A stretch of 63,540 bases of DNA, the filler included, from Octopus bimaculoides (Eukaryota): NCBI RefSeq assembly GCF_001194135.2. It is 5 parts of 4 records of this genome, joined end to end, with 100 filler letters (N's around TTAATTAATTAA, not from the genome) between each part and the next. Parts side by side here need not be neighbours in the genome. Positions count along the whole stretch, not along the records: positions 1 to 11,253 come from NC_068992.1; 4 more parts are not named here. One strand, written 5' to 3'. The position numbers and the translations under genes are program-made. Positions within the stretch are counted from its first letter, which is position 1, and each line of letters opens with the position of its first letter. Below are positions 1 to 10,903 of the stretch, piece after piece. Under the pieces are notes generated by a model. That model did no database searches. It saw only the letters and a list, made by a program, of their open reading frames with translations, and was not told where the DNA came from.

Positions 1-304
1 GCTTTTTGGGAAGTTTACCATTTGCAAGGAAACTCTGGAAGAGTATCCGGAGTGGTCCTGCTAATTCTTGTTTACACGACTTTAAGAGGACAGCTGGGAA
101 ACCATCGGGGCCAGTTGCCGAATTTGAGCTCATTTCATTTATGGCAGCTATCACATCTTCCTCTTCAATGTCGATGTAGGTAATGGATGCAGTCTTTTTC
201 TGCTGAGTGCTATTGTCAAAGAAATCAGCTGGGTTCTTTATCTGCATGTGACTCAGAGGAGAGGTGAAGACACTCTTGAATTGTGTACTGAGCACTTCAC
301 TTAT
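1..304 (-). mobile_element. Non-LTR retrotransposon (LINE, CR1/Jockey-like) ORF2 fragment, running off the left edge
   Basis: Minus strand reads stop-free ISEVLSTQFKSVF...IDIEEEDVIAAINEMSSNSATGPDGFPAVLLKSCKQELAGPLRILFQSFLANGKLPKK. This is the typical 'GPDG...LK.C...LA.PL..LF..S...G..P' segment just upstream of LINE RT motifs. It ends close to a (TA)n run. Confidence 0.85.
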
Positions 305-1029
305 CCATGTGGGATCTGCATATATATATGTATATATATACATATATATATATAATAAAAAGGTGCACATAGTCCCTAACAGCTGTTTCTGGAATATCCC
401 AGCTATTGGAATGTCGTGTCAAGTGAGGATTCCATAGTTTACCATTATCAGAAGGAGATAGGTTAAACATATGTAACATTGGAATAACTCCTCATTAATG
501 ATATTGTTGTGGTTCATTTTGTCTAGAAAGGTTGGAGAAATCCAATTAATAACCAAATTAAAATAGGTTTTCATCTGGTAAATACATGAACAAATGAAGA
601 AAATTGGTATTTGTAGTCTCAAAACACAAAGAATGGTTTGGTTGTAATCCATGGCAAAGGGAAATGGATGTTAGTGTATATGTATAGTTCTGTTTGAGGT
701 TGTGTTAACCTCAAGAAGGGATGGTTTTATCCAAGGAAATACTGGTTCAATACCTAGTATTTTGGGGGAATTAATTTCCTTAAAATGATAGGTATATATA
801 TAAAAACATAGTGGTTCTGATAGAACAGACCTACAATGAAAGCCGCGAAATAATAATCGTGCGTTTTTTATATATCAAGGACTACGTTTTCTTATTCTGG
901 GTGTCTTGATGATATTATCTTATGAGCACAATTTTTGTTTTTTCTTTTTCTTAAGTATAGGCTGTGATTTGAGGGAGATTTAGTTGCTAACAGATCGAGT
1001 GACTGTGAAGCGGTCACTTTGTTGACATG

Positions 1030-1155
1030 TGTAGCCTAGTGGTTAAGGTGTTGCATTCACGATCTTGCGATCGTAGTTTCGATTCCCAGACCGGGCTATA
1101 TGTTGTGCTCTTGATCAAAACACTTCACTTCACGTTGCTCCAGTTCAGTCAGCTG
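1030..1155 (+). mobile_element. tRNA-derived SINE 5' part (family 3)
   Basis: A-box-like TAGCCTAGTGGTTAAGG and B-box-like GTTTCGATTCC. The body resembles copies at 13235-13575 and 31800-32140. Confidence 0.65.
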
Positions 1156-1867
1156 TAAATGTGTCACCCTCTGCTCTTACATTGTCGTTCTGTTCAGCGG
1201 GAATGTTAGACCGACCGATCGTCCGTCTGGGCAGCAAGGTGACGTCATTAGAAAGTTACAAAGTATGTCAAAAACGGTACTAGTTTACTGATTAGGAAGT
1301 TAAAATAAGTATCATAATGTTTCGAACGTTAATGCTTCATCAAAAAGAAAAAAGAGTAGGGAGAGAGGAAGAGAAATATGTTGTTCATGTTATTTCTATG
1401 ACAACGCTAAACTACCAGACGAATGGTGAATGGCGATACAGCCATGAGACCATTCAGGTTTATGAACAAGTGCGTTATTTAGGAAACGTGTGTGAGGTAT
1501 TGCTATAGCCAAATGAGAGTCATCCGGTCTTCCTTTTCGGTTAGAAGAGATGCTGACGAAGACAAAAAAATAGTTACAGAGTCTCCTCTACCCACGAAAG
1601 AAGTTAGATGTCATATGCTGAAAATATAAATCACCAACAAATTATTGTATTTCAGGATTTTGTTCCGTTCGGTATAATTCTTTCAAACGAACATAAAGCT
1701 TTCCTTATTGAAAACTTTCCTTTCTCTTTCTAATTTAGATCGATAAACGTAAAAGTTTGTCCCAATATTTGTCTTCCTTTTTCTTTCTGTCTATTATGTT
1801 GTCTTCCAATTTAAGGTATTGTAGTTGTTTTTCGTCGGTAAAATATGTTTGTCCTTTATTTTCAGTT

Positions 1868-2001
1868 GAGAGAATTCGGCACTGTCATGGTATTAGCTGT
1901 CAGAAGTGAAAGTAGAAAAATCTGACAAGGAACGTTACTGCTGGTTTGAGTTGATTCTTTGGCTACTGACAGCTAATACCATGACTGGCCGGAGCGAGCT
2001 A

Positions 2002-2034
<33 letters not shown>

Positions 2035-2510
2035 ATCTATCTAATACTCGAAAGTTATTGGAACAAATTTGACACCTATATCCATGCGTTTGAAAACACA
2101 CAGAGTGGTCCCGAACGCGCAGTCGCGCGTCCGCGCTAGCTAGTCGTGAGTGGTCGATCCTATTATTTTTAAACTTCAAACTACATTTGTTTTCTATTTT
2201 GATAAATTCTCTCTGTTGAAAATTATATTTTTATATTTTAAATAATTTGCAATTTCAGAAAATATATTTTTATATTAAATTTGCGTTTTCTAATTTGATA
2301 AATTCCACGGACACAGAGGTGAACGAGTGATAGATAGATAGATAGATAGATATAGAGAGAGATATAGTGAGATAGATAGACAGACAGACAGATAGATAGC
2401 TCCGGCTAGTCAGTAGCCAAAGAATCAACTCAAACCAGCAGTAACGTTCCTTGTCAGTTCTACTTTCAATTCTAACAGCTAATACCATGACAGTGCCGAG
2501 AATTCCTCTC
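1868..2510. repeat. Fold-back (long inverted repeat), arms about 1868-2043 and 2330-2510
   Basis: Arms are reverse complements over ~130 bp of unique sequence (GGCACTGTCATGGTATTAGCTGT...GACAAGGAACGTTACTGCTGGTTTGAGTTGATTCTTTGGCTACTGAC) plus TCTG/TCTA microsatellite. No TSD seen. Confidence 0.85.
2101..2161 (+). mobile_element. Solo Merlin-type terminal inverted repeat (TIR) fragment
   Basis: CGAACGCGCAGTCGCGCGTCCGCGCTAGCTAGTCGTGAGTGGTCGATCCTA nearly matches the left TIR at 6621-6700. Its AGAGTGGTCC start matches the TIR at 5277. Confidence 0.75.
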
Positions 2511-2604
2511 CGACAGGTGAAGTTTAAGAGGTTCGGGATAATCAAAACTATCAAATATAAACCAAAGAACAGACTAAAGTAGAAACCTCGGTGACGTTGA
2601 AGTA

Positions 2605-2859
2605 CAGGTTGCGGCAGAAAGGTTGCCCCGATTTCAAAGGTTAATAAAAAACAAACATACGAAGATGCATGAAAAAGCTTTGTATTTCTATGAAGTTCAT
2701 TAAATGCCATTTTTTTTTCTGTTTCAGGTAGTACCCACCAAGGCCTGGAGTGGACAGCATTTAATGTACTTCATAGAAATACAATGATTTTTATTGTATC
2801 TTCATGTATTTGTTTTTTATTAATCTTTGAAATCAGGACAAACTTTCTGCCGCACCCTG
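2605..2859. mobile_element. Tc1/mariner-type MITE with ~105-bp TIRs
   Basis: TA|CAGGTTGCGGCAGAAA ... TTTCTGCCGCACCCTG|CA. Arms 2605-2708 and 2757-2859 are inverted. TA target on the left, CA (mutated TA) on the right. Confidence 0.8.
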
Positions 2860-3959
2860 CATTTAGTTAGAAAAAAAACATTAAAAGATAATATAACTAT
2901 TCATTAAAAAGTAAAATAACAATGAGTTAGCTGAAATTATAGACTTAGTAAATCTGTGTCACCTAAATTTATTTTTCACGTATTTTAAAGTGAAACCATT
3001 TTTTTACGTCATTACATCTTTAAAATAAAAGTTGGTACTTTTACTGTTGTTTTTAATAAAACAAAAAACATTATTTTTCACGTAATATTTCAAATTTTCT
3101 GTTCCTAATTTTTTTTTCCCCTCATAATACACGTGCTTTTGAAACGAAAGTATTTTTCCCCAAAACTAAACTATATTTCGTTTTCGTTTCGGTATTTCAA
3201 GAAAACTATACCATTTTGATATATTCCCGTATTCTTCCAAATTGCAATGTAGTTCTCTACATTCACCGAAAACACGCGTATTATCGATGTATATTTGTTA
3301 TCATTGTAGAGTGTGGCTCATACGTGTCGTTGGCTATAGAGTGGAATCTATAGCCAATATAGCATAGTAGTAACATATATTTAATAATTGTGATAGTAGT
3401 GGCTGTGTGCCTTTACAAACACCTCGTAAGCATTTAGGATCACTAAATAAATCCTGCTTTTACTGATTCCAGTTGTTGAAGTGCCTACATACTGAGGTGC
3501 CATTCCCAAGCAATTTCGGTCGGTATAATCGACTGAATTTTTTGTTTAATTTCATCATTTTCTTAAGATAATTGACAACTCAACAGTTAAAGGGAGATAA
3601 TTCAGTCAGACATGGTTATGATGAATGAAAGATTACAAGATAGATTGATGCGTAAGCATTGACGAATAATAGACAGGTGGACGGTAGCAAACATACACGG
3701 TTTGTTTGATAATTATAAAAAATGGGAGGAGAAGGGTTACGTCTCTTGCTGTGTATCTACGGCTTCGCGAGGCCACTGGCGCGGAATCTTTTTCGCCTGA
3801 CATGACTTAAAATGTTTTTAAATATCCTTATATAATTCTCAGGCTGAACCAACGTGATAAACCGTGATAAGACTACATCTTTTGAATTACTGACACAATC
3901 CACTCGACGGGCTTTATTCGGTTATCGTCTACCCGATTTCACTTACAAACTATAGGCTG

Positions 3960-4140
3960 ACCTCGGCGATATTTGAACTCAGAGCGTAAAGAGCCGGAAG
4001 AAATGCTGCTAAGCATTTAGTCCGACACGCTAATGATTCTACCAGCTCGCCACCCTCCGAGGCATTTGTCTAATGTGCCACGTAGCGAGATCGAACTTGG
4101 GACTTCGTGCTTGCAAGCAAACTTCTTAACCATTAATCCA
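3960..4140 (-). mobile_element. Two adjacent SINE heads (family 1 and family 2)
   Basis: GACCTCGGC..TTTGAACTCAGAGCGTAAA...GCTAAGCAT matches family 1. GTGCCACG..GAACTTGGGAC..GCAAGCAAACTTCTTAACCA matches family 2. Confidence 0.65.
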
Positions 4141-5276
4141 TCTTTTATCAATTAAATGAAATGTTCAAACAAATTTAAATCGAATTGTAATTTATTTAAT
4201 AAACAAACAAACAAAAAAACTTCGGTAGATGTGAAAAGTAGAAATATCAAATTAAATCAAAAAGAAAGAAAATTAGTGTACTTGTGAAACCCTCAGGATC
4301 AATACAAAATACAATATTTCTAACTTGAATTTATTATAGTGACCCTGACCCACTAAAAATATTTTGTGACATACTTCTGAGTCGAATACCTTACGAATCC
4401 TCTGAGCTAAGATGACAGGGTTTCAATGAATGTCAATGTAACTGACGAAAAAAAGACTCTAAAAGTATATATATTTCTTTCCCACGGTAAAATTGAAAAG
4501 AGTGTTTTTGCAGACTAAATTAACGAGTATTGGTTCATTGACCCCACATTAACTTAGGTAATTAAAACATAATATTTGCATTATCCACTGCCGAAAATAT
4601 TCTTGTATAAAAATTAAAGAAATAACATTTTAAGATAAAGAAACAATAGAGAAAACGCTCATATGTCATATAATGATTTTAAAAAATATATATTTACATA
4701 CTGCCGACGTTCACAATTTTCCACTGAGCTGCTGATGATACAGTCTTACCCGAACTACCGAACAAGTGGACTAGTTTTTTAAAACTTCTTTCTTTTGGTG
4801 AATATATTTCAATTTTGCTTTGCTTTACTTTTTCTTTTAAGTATTATATAATTTTCGAATAGTGTATATATGTGCATATATATCACGATTTTTAGAAAAT
4901 AATTTCTTTAAAATTTTATTCAATTATGTAAATGTTAATTTTGCGAGGGAGACCAGCATTACCTTTACTGAGGGACTAAATACTGAAAAATAAATAATTT
5001 TATTTATTTTTTGTAAAATGAATTTTAGTTGCGACTTAACAGTTTATTTGACAACTAGATGGATAAATTAATATTTATTAAGTACAACAGTTTTCGTTTA
5101 TAGCGACCCTGAAAGTGAAAATGCATCTCGTTTTGTTGCATCCGAGGGAACAGTACCATGGAAGCTTTATATCTAACCGGCCCGAAATGTTTCTAAAAAA
5201 GGTAGAAGGAATACCTGCAAATAAAGTTAGATGTGAATTATTTTTTTCATTTTAAAGGGGCCTTGGAAACGAAAAC

Positions 5277-5901
5277 GGTACTATTTCAAGAAGAGTGGTC
5301 CGTGCGCGCACTCGCACACTCAACCGTCCGCGCTAGCGAGTCGTGACTAATCGATCCTACGACTACCAAGCGCGAAGGCCCGTCGCGCAAAACGTGTATG
5401 AGGGTTTTTTTCTAAACAAAGTAAACAATTTTTTTTAAACAAAGTAAATAAATTATACACTACCTGTTTTCGGTAAAGAGTCCATTAAAAAGTCGGTCTT
5501 TCAAAATCTACTGTTGTTCAATGGTATCAGTACATGAGGGACATTACAAGTAATTATCTTTTGCGTAACCCCTACTAAATTGGTGGATTTGGGCACATCG
5601 TAGAAACAGATGAATCTATGATGTGCAAGCGCAAATACAACGGAGGATGGGATACAGAGGATACAAATAGGTTTTTAGTCTTTGTACCTGACCATTCTTC
5701 TGAAACTCTTCTACCACTTATTAAAAAATTTATCAAACCATATATTCTGATTGTTGGATTCAACAAAAAAGAAATATTTTGTTTTAAAAAACCCCTCATA
5801 CATGTTTAGCGCTTACGCGCTAGATAGTCGTTGTAGGATCGACTAGTCACGACTAGCTAGCGCGAGTGCGCGCACCGGGACCACTCTTCTTGAATGGTAC
5901 C
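5277..5901 (+). mobile_element. Merlin (IS1595-like DDE) DNA transposon, internally deleted, with transposase remnant
   Basis: TIRs GGTACTATTTCAAGAAGAGTGGTCC / GGACCACTCTTCTTGAATGGTACC, about 90 bp with CG-rich subterminal block. About 5495-5760 reads GLSKSTVVQWYQYMRDITSNYLLRNPY*IGGFGHIVETDESMMCKRKYNGG...FLVFVPDHSSETLLPLIKKFIKP. This matches Merlin motifs IGGxGxIVEIDES...KRKYNRG and FLVxVPDRSxETLLPxI. Confidence 0.9.
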
Positions 5902-6620
5902 CAAACACAGCGCCAGGTTTTCCATTTGGACGCATACTGGTGCATCAAAAAATATTAATGTAATAATACATTTAGCCTGAAATGTCTAAAGAAGTAGCTG
6001 CCTACCGTGGACAGCGTATCAGGTCCCTGAACCGGTATCTTACGTTTCTATCGAGTACGTCTTTTTCCAGATTATTAACAACGGTTAAATCGAATAGAAT
6101 TTATTTTATATAGCGCTGTTAGTGAACATTTAATCATTGTAGATTCTAATTGGATCGATCATTGATTCAGTCGCAGTTTTGACGATAAAAGTAATAAGGA
6201 GAATATGTAACTCGATGTACAATTATCGCTAAAGGACATAGCTAGAAGAGCACCGTTTTTTTTTGTTTTTTTTATTAATTATAGTTTTATCATCGATTTA
6301 AATGATCGAAGGATAAACATACACACGGGTTTCTACATGATTTTTTGTCTCCCAGATCCCATTCTGATTGACCCGAGTCTGTAATAGAAGACAGCTGCCT
6401 GAGGGGTCGAACAGTGAGATTGAACTTGCCTGCATTCACAACAGAAAACAATATAATCACATACGTGTATGAGCAATGTATGGTGATCTCTGGGTATAGC
6501 GTATCGTTTTCGCTTTTGCAAATTTGAGGTTTACTTTCAATTTTGTGGGGAAATAGCATGAGAGCAATACTGATAATAATGCTCAAGCAATAATAATTTT
6601 AGATAAATGAAGACTTTTGT

Positions 6621-6849
6621 GGTACTACTAAAGCAGCGCGGACCCGAACGCGCAGTCGCGCGTCCGCGCTAGCTAGTCTTGAGTGGTCGATCCTAACCCT
6701 AACCCTATCCCTAACCCTAACCCTGTCCCTAACCCTAACCCTATCCCGCGTGTGCAAATGAATACGTGTTTAGGGTTAGGGTTAGGATCGACCACTCACG
6801 ACTAGCTAGCGCGACTGCGCGTTCGAGTCCGCGCTGCTTTAGTAGTACC
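6621..6849. mobile_element. Merlin-derived MITE with telomeric-repeat core
   Basis: About 80-bp TIRs starting GGTACTACTAAAGCAGCGCGGAC. They share the GGTAC terminus and GCGCTAGCTAGTCGTGA..TCGATCCTA block with the 5277-5901 element. Degenerate 9-bp TSD GACTTTTGT (6612-6620) / GACCTTTTT (6850-6858), in the 8-9 bp range known for Merlin. Confidence 0.85.
6692..6786. repeat. Interstitial telomere-like repeats: about 9 CCCTAA-type hexamers (6692-6747) and about 3 TTAGGG (6770-6786)
   Basis: Read directly: CCTAAC CCTAAC CCTATC CCTAAC CCTAAC CCTGTC CCTAAC CCTAAC CCTATC CC ... TTAGGG TTAGGG TTAGG. Confidence 0.95.
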
Positions 6850-7105
6850 GACCTTTTTATTATAGCAATTATTGGTTTGAAAGGAAATTTTGTTAACGTA
6901 GATCAATGCTAATTTTTAGTCAATGCTCGGCCATCACCATGCTTCGTATTTAAGGATAAAACCCTAGGTGATTGTCTCCCTTTGCCATTGTCCATTTATC
7001 TTCGGTCACGCTGCCATCTTGCAGTCACCAAAGCACCATGAAGGCAAATGATACTCCCTTCAGCCTTGGCTATTGGTTTCCAGCTGTGGTGCCGCCATGC
7101 GAATT

Positions 7106-8525
7106 TCAAAAAGCCAGCAGGAATTTTCTAAAATGCAGGTATGGTCCGAAAATTTCCATCCTGGAGTTCAGGATGTCCCCTGGCACGAGGAAGTCTTTAA
7201 AGATCTTTGCGCATTCGGCAATGCACCTTTTCATCCTGTTGATGTTGGGGTCCGTATTTTCCATGCGATTGAGTATGGAATCTGTCTTATAATTGCCAGA
7301 TAGGGCTAGCCAGCAATGTCACGTATCAGGACTCTGAGGGAGGATGGATGATTGGAATACACTGTTTGCGAGAGTTTCCAGGGGGATCTTTCTGAATTGA
7401 CGGGCACCACTTGTTTTCTTAACAAATCCCAGAAAGATCCTTCCAGTGCACTTCTGTGGGCCTGTGATGTTGTTGCGCCTGATGCTGCTGTCGTTGCACC
7501 TGTTGCTGTTGTTGCTGCTAATGCTGCCTGTGGTGTTGGCGTTGGCATCACTGGAGGTAGTGTTGGTCCCAGCATGTCGTGCAGTCATTGTTGTCATCGC
7601 TGCTGCTGTTGTTGATGGAGTCGAGGCTGCTGGTGATGGTGGAGGATGTGGTAGTGGCAACTAGTGCTATTGCTACTGCCGGTTCTGCTGCTGTTTCCGT
7701 TATAGCCAATGATGGAACTGGATCCGTTGCCTCTGCTACTATTGCTATAGTGGCCAATAGGCCTGCTATCATGAACGTCGGGGAAGCTATTGGTAAAGCT
7801 GGTGGTGGTGGCGATGCTGCTACTGTTGGCAATGCCACTGCCGTTGTTGTTAGCGATGCTGCCATCTATGGTGGCTGTGTTACTGGCTCTGTTCTCATGT
7901 CTACGGCCATTATTGCTTCAGCTTGATATACGATCCCGTTGGTTTCGCAGTAGTCTCCTATCGGGCAACTGCTTCGGATCTTGCATGAACAACCCGCCTC
8001 TTCCTGTGTCTTAGGGGCGCTAACTAGGATGCTCTTAATGTTGGGAGCGCAGCTGAGTGAGACCCTGATGTTGTGCCTTTTGAATATGGGATCATACCTA
8101 TGGGAGCTAGTGAAAAGCTTATCTATTAATTTGAGGAAGAGTCCACCTATGGGTTATTCTGGTGTAAAAAGTAATTTCGTTATAACTGCCACGAAAGGTG
8201 TGTTTTCTGTCACGAAAAAATACAAGAAACTGTCAGCTGGATGAGGGAGAGATTGTCGGAGGTTGGTCAGAAAGGTTGTTGGAGGTTGGCAAGATAGATT
8301 GTCGGAGGTTGTTGGAGGGAGAGGCATCTTAGTTCCAAAATTTCAGTCTTGCAGGGCTTCATGATACACAATGTTTTTAGTTTTGCTGTTGGCTGCATCC
8401 GACATAGAGCTGTCTGTGAGAAAAAGCAGTATTGGGACACGCTTATTAAATACGTTCTGGAATCTACTGTCATCGAAAAAGTTTAACTGGTAAAATGCAG
8501 AATTATTGGAGTTATAGGCATTCAA
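7106..8525 (-). mobile_element. Penelope-like element (C-terminal GIY-YIG type), degraded 3' part of ORF: RT thumb, linker and endonuclease
   Basis: PIGGLFLKLIDKLFTSSHRYDPIFKRHNIRVSLSCAPNIKSIL matches the PLE consensus IGxxFLxLIDKHF...H.L.KIFNRN.VK.SYSC.PN.K.II. Next come the CxCx5C linker CSCKIRSSCP and GIVYQA. After an insert: KCTG / EGSF...KLSQTVY and MKRC...ILNSRMEIFGPYLHFRKFLLAF* (consensus KRC.LC..EK..I.....LLN.RSEL..KCRH..KFLL). Stops and frameshifts present. Confidence 0.8.
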
Positions 8526-9554
8526 AGTGTAATCAAATTAAATTGAAAACACGGCATGCATTGCCAACATTTAGTTATTTGGAGATGTTGAAAAAATGTC
8601 TATTAATACAATGTCTAAATTAATTACAGAAATATGTATATAACTGTTTAAATATTGAATTAGAATAGATGAAGAATAATTGTTTGATTTAGTAAATATC
8701 AAATATAACGAATCAGAGACTTATTTGAGATCGCCATTGTTGCATTAGAGCAGCTTGTGAAGCAGAAGTACCCACTCGTACTCTTACTTGTCTTGGCATT
8801 TTAAAGGTTGACTTTATCAAGGCTAATTTATTATAGCTAATATATAAATGTAGTATCTATAAGCGCAAAAAGTATGTATGTATATAAATGCATGAATGAA
8901 GTCTTTAAGGTTTAAGATTTAAATAAAGAAAGTGCAATAATAAGGTTTAGCAATTCAAAACTGTGAGTAGTGAAATGCAGAATTAGGTCCACTGATCGTG
9001 AGAATCAAATATTGATCGCTTCGCTAAAGACTGACAATTGTAAGTGCAGATGCCATGGGTTATTTCCCCTGGGTGTTTAAATAAAATATATTAGTTATAT
9101 GTAGTAGATATAAGGATCCCTTCCAGGGACTCTATTATCGATTTTTTTCAACAATCTAAGTGTGTCACAAGGTTTCCAGACATGAGTTCTACTCACATCT
9201 CAAGTTTCATCAAAATTAGTAAAATGATGTAGGAGGAGTTAGCTAAAAACTCCACAAACAAACACCAACAGACAGAATTTTCCACCAGAAAAATGGATAC
9301 TTTCAATGAAATTTTCTGCAAATACTTTTCTAGATGATGTAGATTACAATATACTGGAATTTAAAGGGAATAAAACAACTGGTGATATGTGTCGGTATGA
9401 AAATGTGCATACCCACCTTTTTAATTTTCAATATAATCATGATCTACACACTCTGTAAAGTATCTGTCGGAAATTTCATTAAAAAATACCCATGGAAATT
9501 AGGAGGAAAGAAGGCTGGCTCGTGTGAATTTTCCGAAACTGCTTTCCACGCCAT

Positions 9555-9860
9555 CTGTAAGATATTCTTTTATTCCTTTACTTGTTTCAGTCATTTGACT
9601 GCAGCCATGCTGGAGCACCACCTTAAAGGGTTGAAGAAATTGACCCCCAGGACTTGTTCCTTGTAAGCCTAGTACTTATTCTATTGTCTCAGTTGTCAAG
9701 TGATGGAAGGGGGACAAACACAAACACACACACACATATGATGAGCTTCTATCAGTTTCCATCTACCAAATCCACTCACAAGGCTTTGTTTGGCCTGAGG
9801 CTATAGTAGAAGATACTTGCGCAAGGTACCACACAGTGGGACTTACCACACAGCTACACC
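9555..9860 (-). mobile_element. tRNA-derived SINE family 2, deleted copy
   Basis: TTTACTTGTTTCAGTCATTTGACTGCAGCCATGCTGGAGCACC...CTACCAAATCCACTCACAAGGCTTTG...CTATAGTAGAAGA. Same blocks at 41812, 46448 and 54582. Confidence 0.8.
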
Positions 9861-10568
9861 TGCACTGCACACAACCACTTTCTAAATATTATGAGGCAAT
9901 CACACACTTTTTATATCTGTTTATATAATGATACTAGACTTTTCACTTTGCAAATTGGAGGTTCCCTTTCAGCTGTTCTGTGAAACATAAAAGCAAACTG
10001 GTAATGATGCTTTAGCAACAATGAAAATGTATGCAAAGTGTGTTGTGATTTTTAAAAAAAAATATTAGGTAAATCTTCAGAAAACCCATACTAATGCTTG
10101 GATGTCTTGAAAAACATGTTACAAAAAATCACAATTAATAAAAGAAGGTAACAATATTTCGTTTTTGGATTTGGTTTGCAAGATTCTTTATATGAATTCA
10201 TGTGATGAAGCATATATTATTGTGTCTGGAGAGAGTCATTCTCCATTAGTGTCTTATTATTTAACACACTCACCAGTAAAGTTTCCATTCATTTATTTAT
10301 TTTTTAGTTTGTCTTTATTTAACTTTTAAGCAGTTTATTTTTGAAGTATCAATGGCTGTACTTTTGTTACGATGTTCAAACTTTTGAGAAACACTGTTGT
10401 AATGCCTAGCTTGCATTTTATTGAAGTTGTACCTATTATTAGCATCTCTTTCAAACATTACTGTTGAATCAGCATTGTAATGAACCAGTGAAATGTGTGT
10501 GTGTTAGTTGGATATTAATGTAATTTTGAAATGTAATCTTCTGGTGATGATTATGTTTTTAGGTCACG

Positions 10569-10708
10569 ATGGGTTCCAATGATGAATTAGTGAAATTGTG
10601 GCTTTCTGCTGATGCTGTTTGTTTTGATGTTGATTCCACTCTTTGCAAAGAAGAAGCAATTGATGAACTTGCAAAGTTCTGTAGAGTTGGTGAAGAAATT
10701 AGAAAATG
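10569..10708 (+). CDS. PSPH: Phosphoserine phosphatase (HAD family), first coding exon (exon 10563-10708, phase-2 donor)
   Basis: Acceptor tgtttttag|GTCACGATG and donor AAAATG|gtaact. Translates [46 protein letters not shown](W). It aligns colinearly with the animal PSPH N-terminus (human [39 protein letters not shown]). The HAD motif I DxDxT nucleophile is at residue 20. Confidence 0.93.
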
Positions 10709-10850
10709 GTAACTCAACAACTTTTATTCATCATTATCATCATTATGATCATCACCAACACCTCCCTCCCTAACACACCATTCTCAATCTCATCACTTTA
10801 AAAAAAAAATTTTTTTCCAGTGTTTAGATTATAATTCCATTATATTATTT

Positions 10851-10903
10851 ACATTATTTACATTTGATGGGTATTTGTCCTTATCTTGTTTGTTGTTAAC
10901 GCA
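10851..10903 (-). mobile_element. Truncated copy of hammerhead-bearing element family B
   Basis: Reverse complement CTGAAACATTGCGTTAACAACAAACAAGATAAGGACAAATACCCATCAAATGTAAATAATGT matches 45182-45243. Only the 3' half of the ribozyme remains. Confidence 0.7.

Noticed and set aside
7319-8244. Overlapping + and - Ala/Val/Thr-rich ORFs as a host gene
   Set aside because: They are shadows of triplet-repeat sequence inside the Penelope-like remnant. Only the minus frames carry recognisable motifs.
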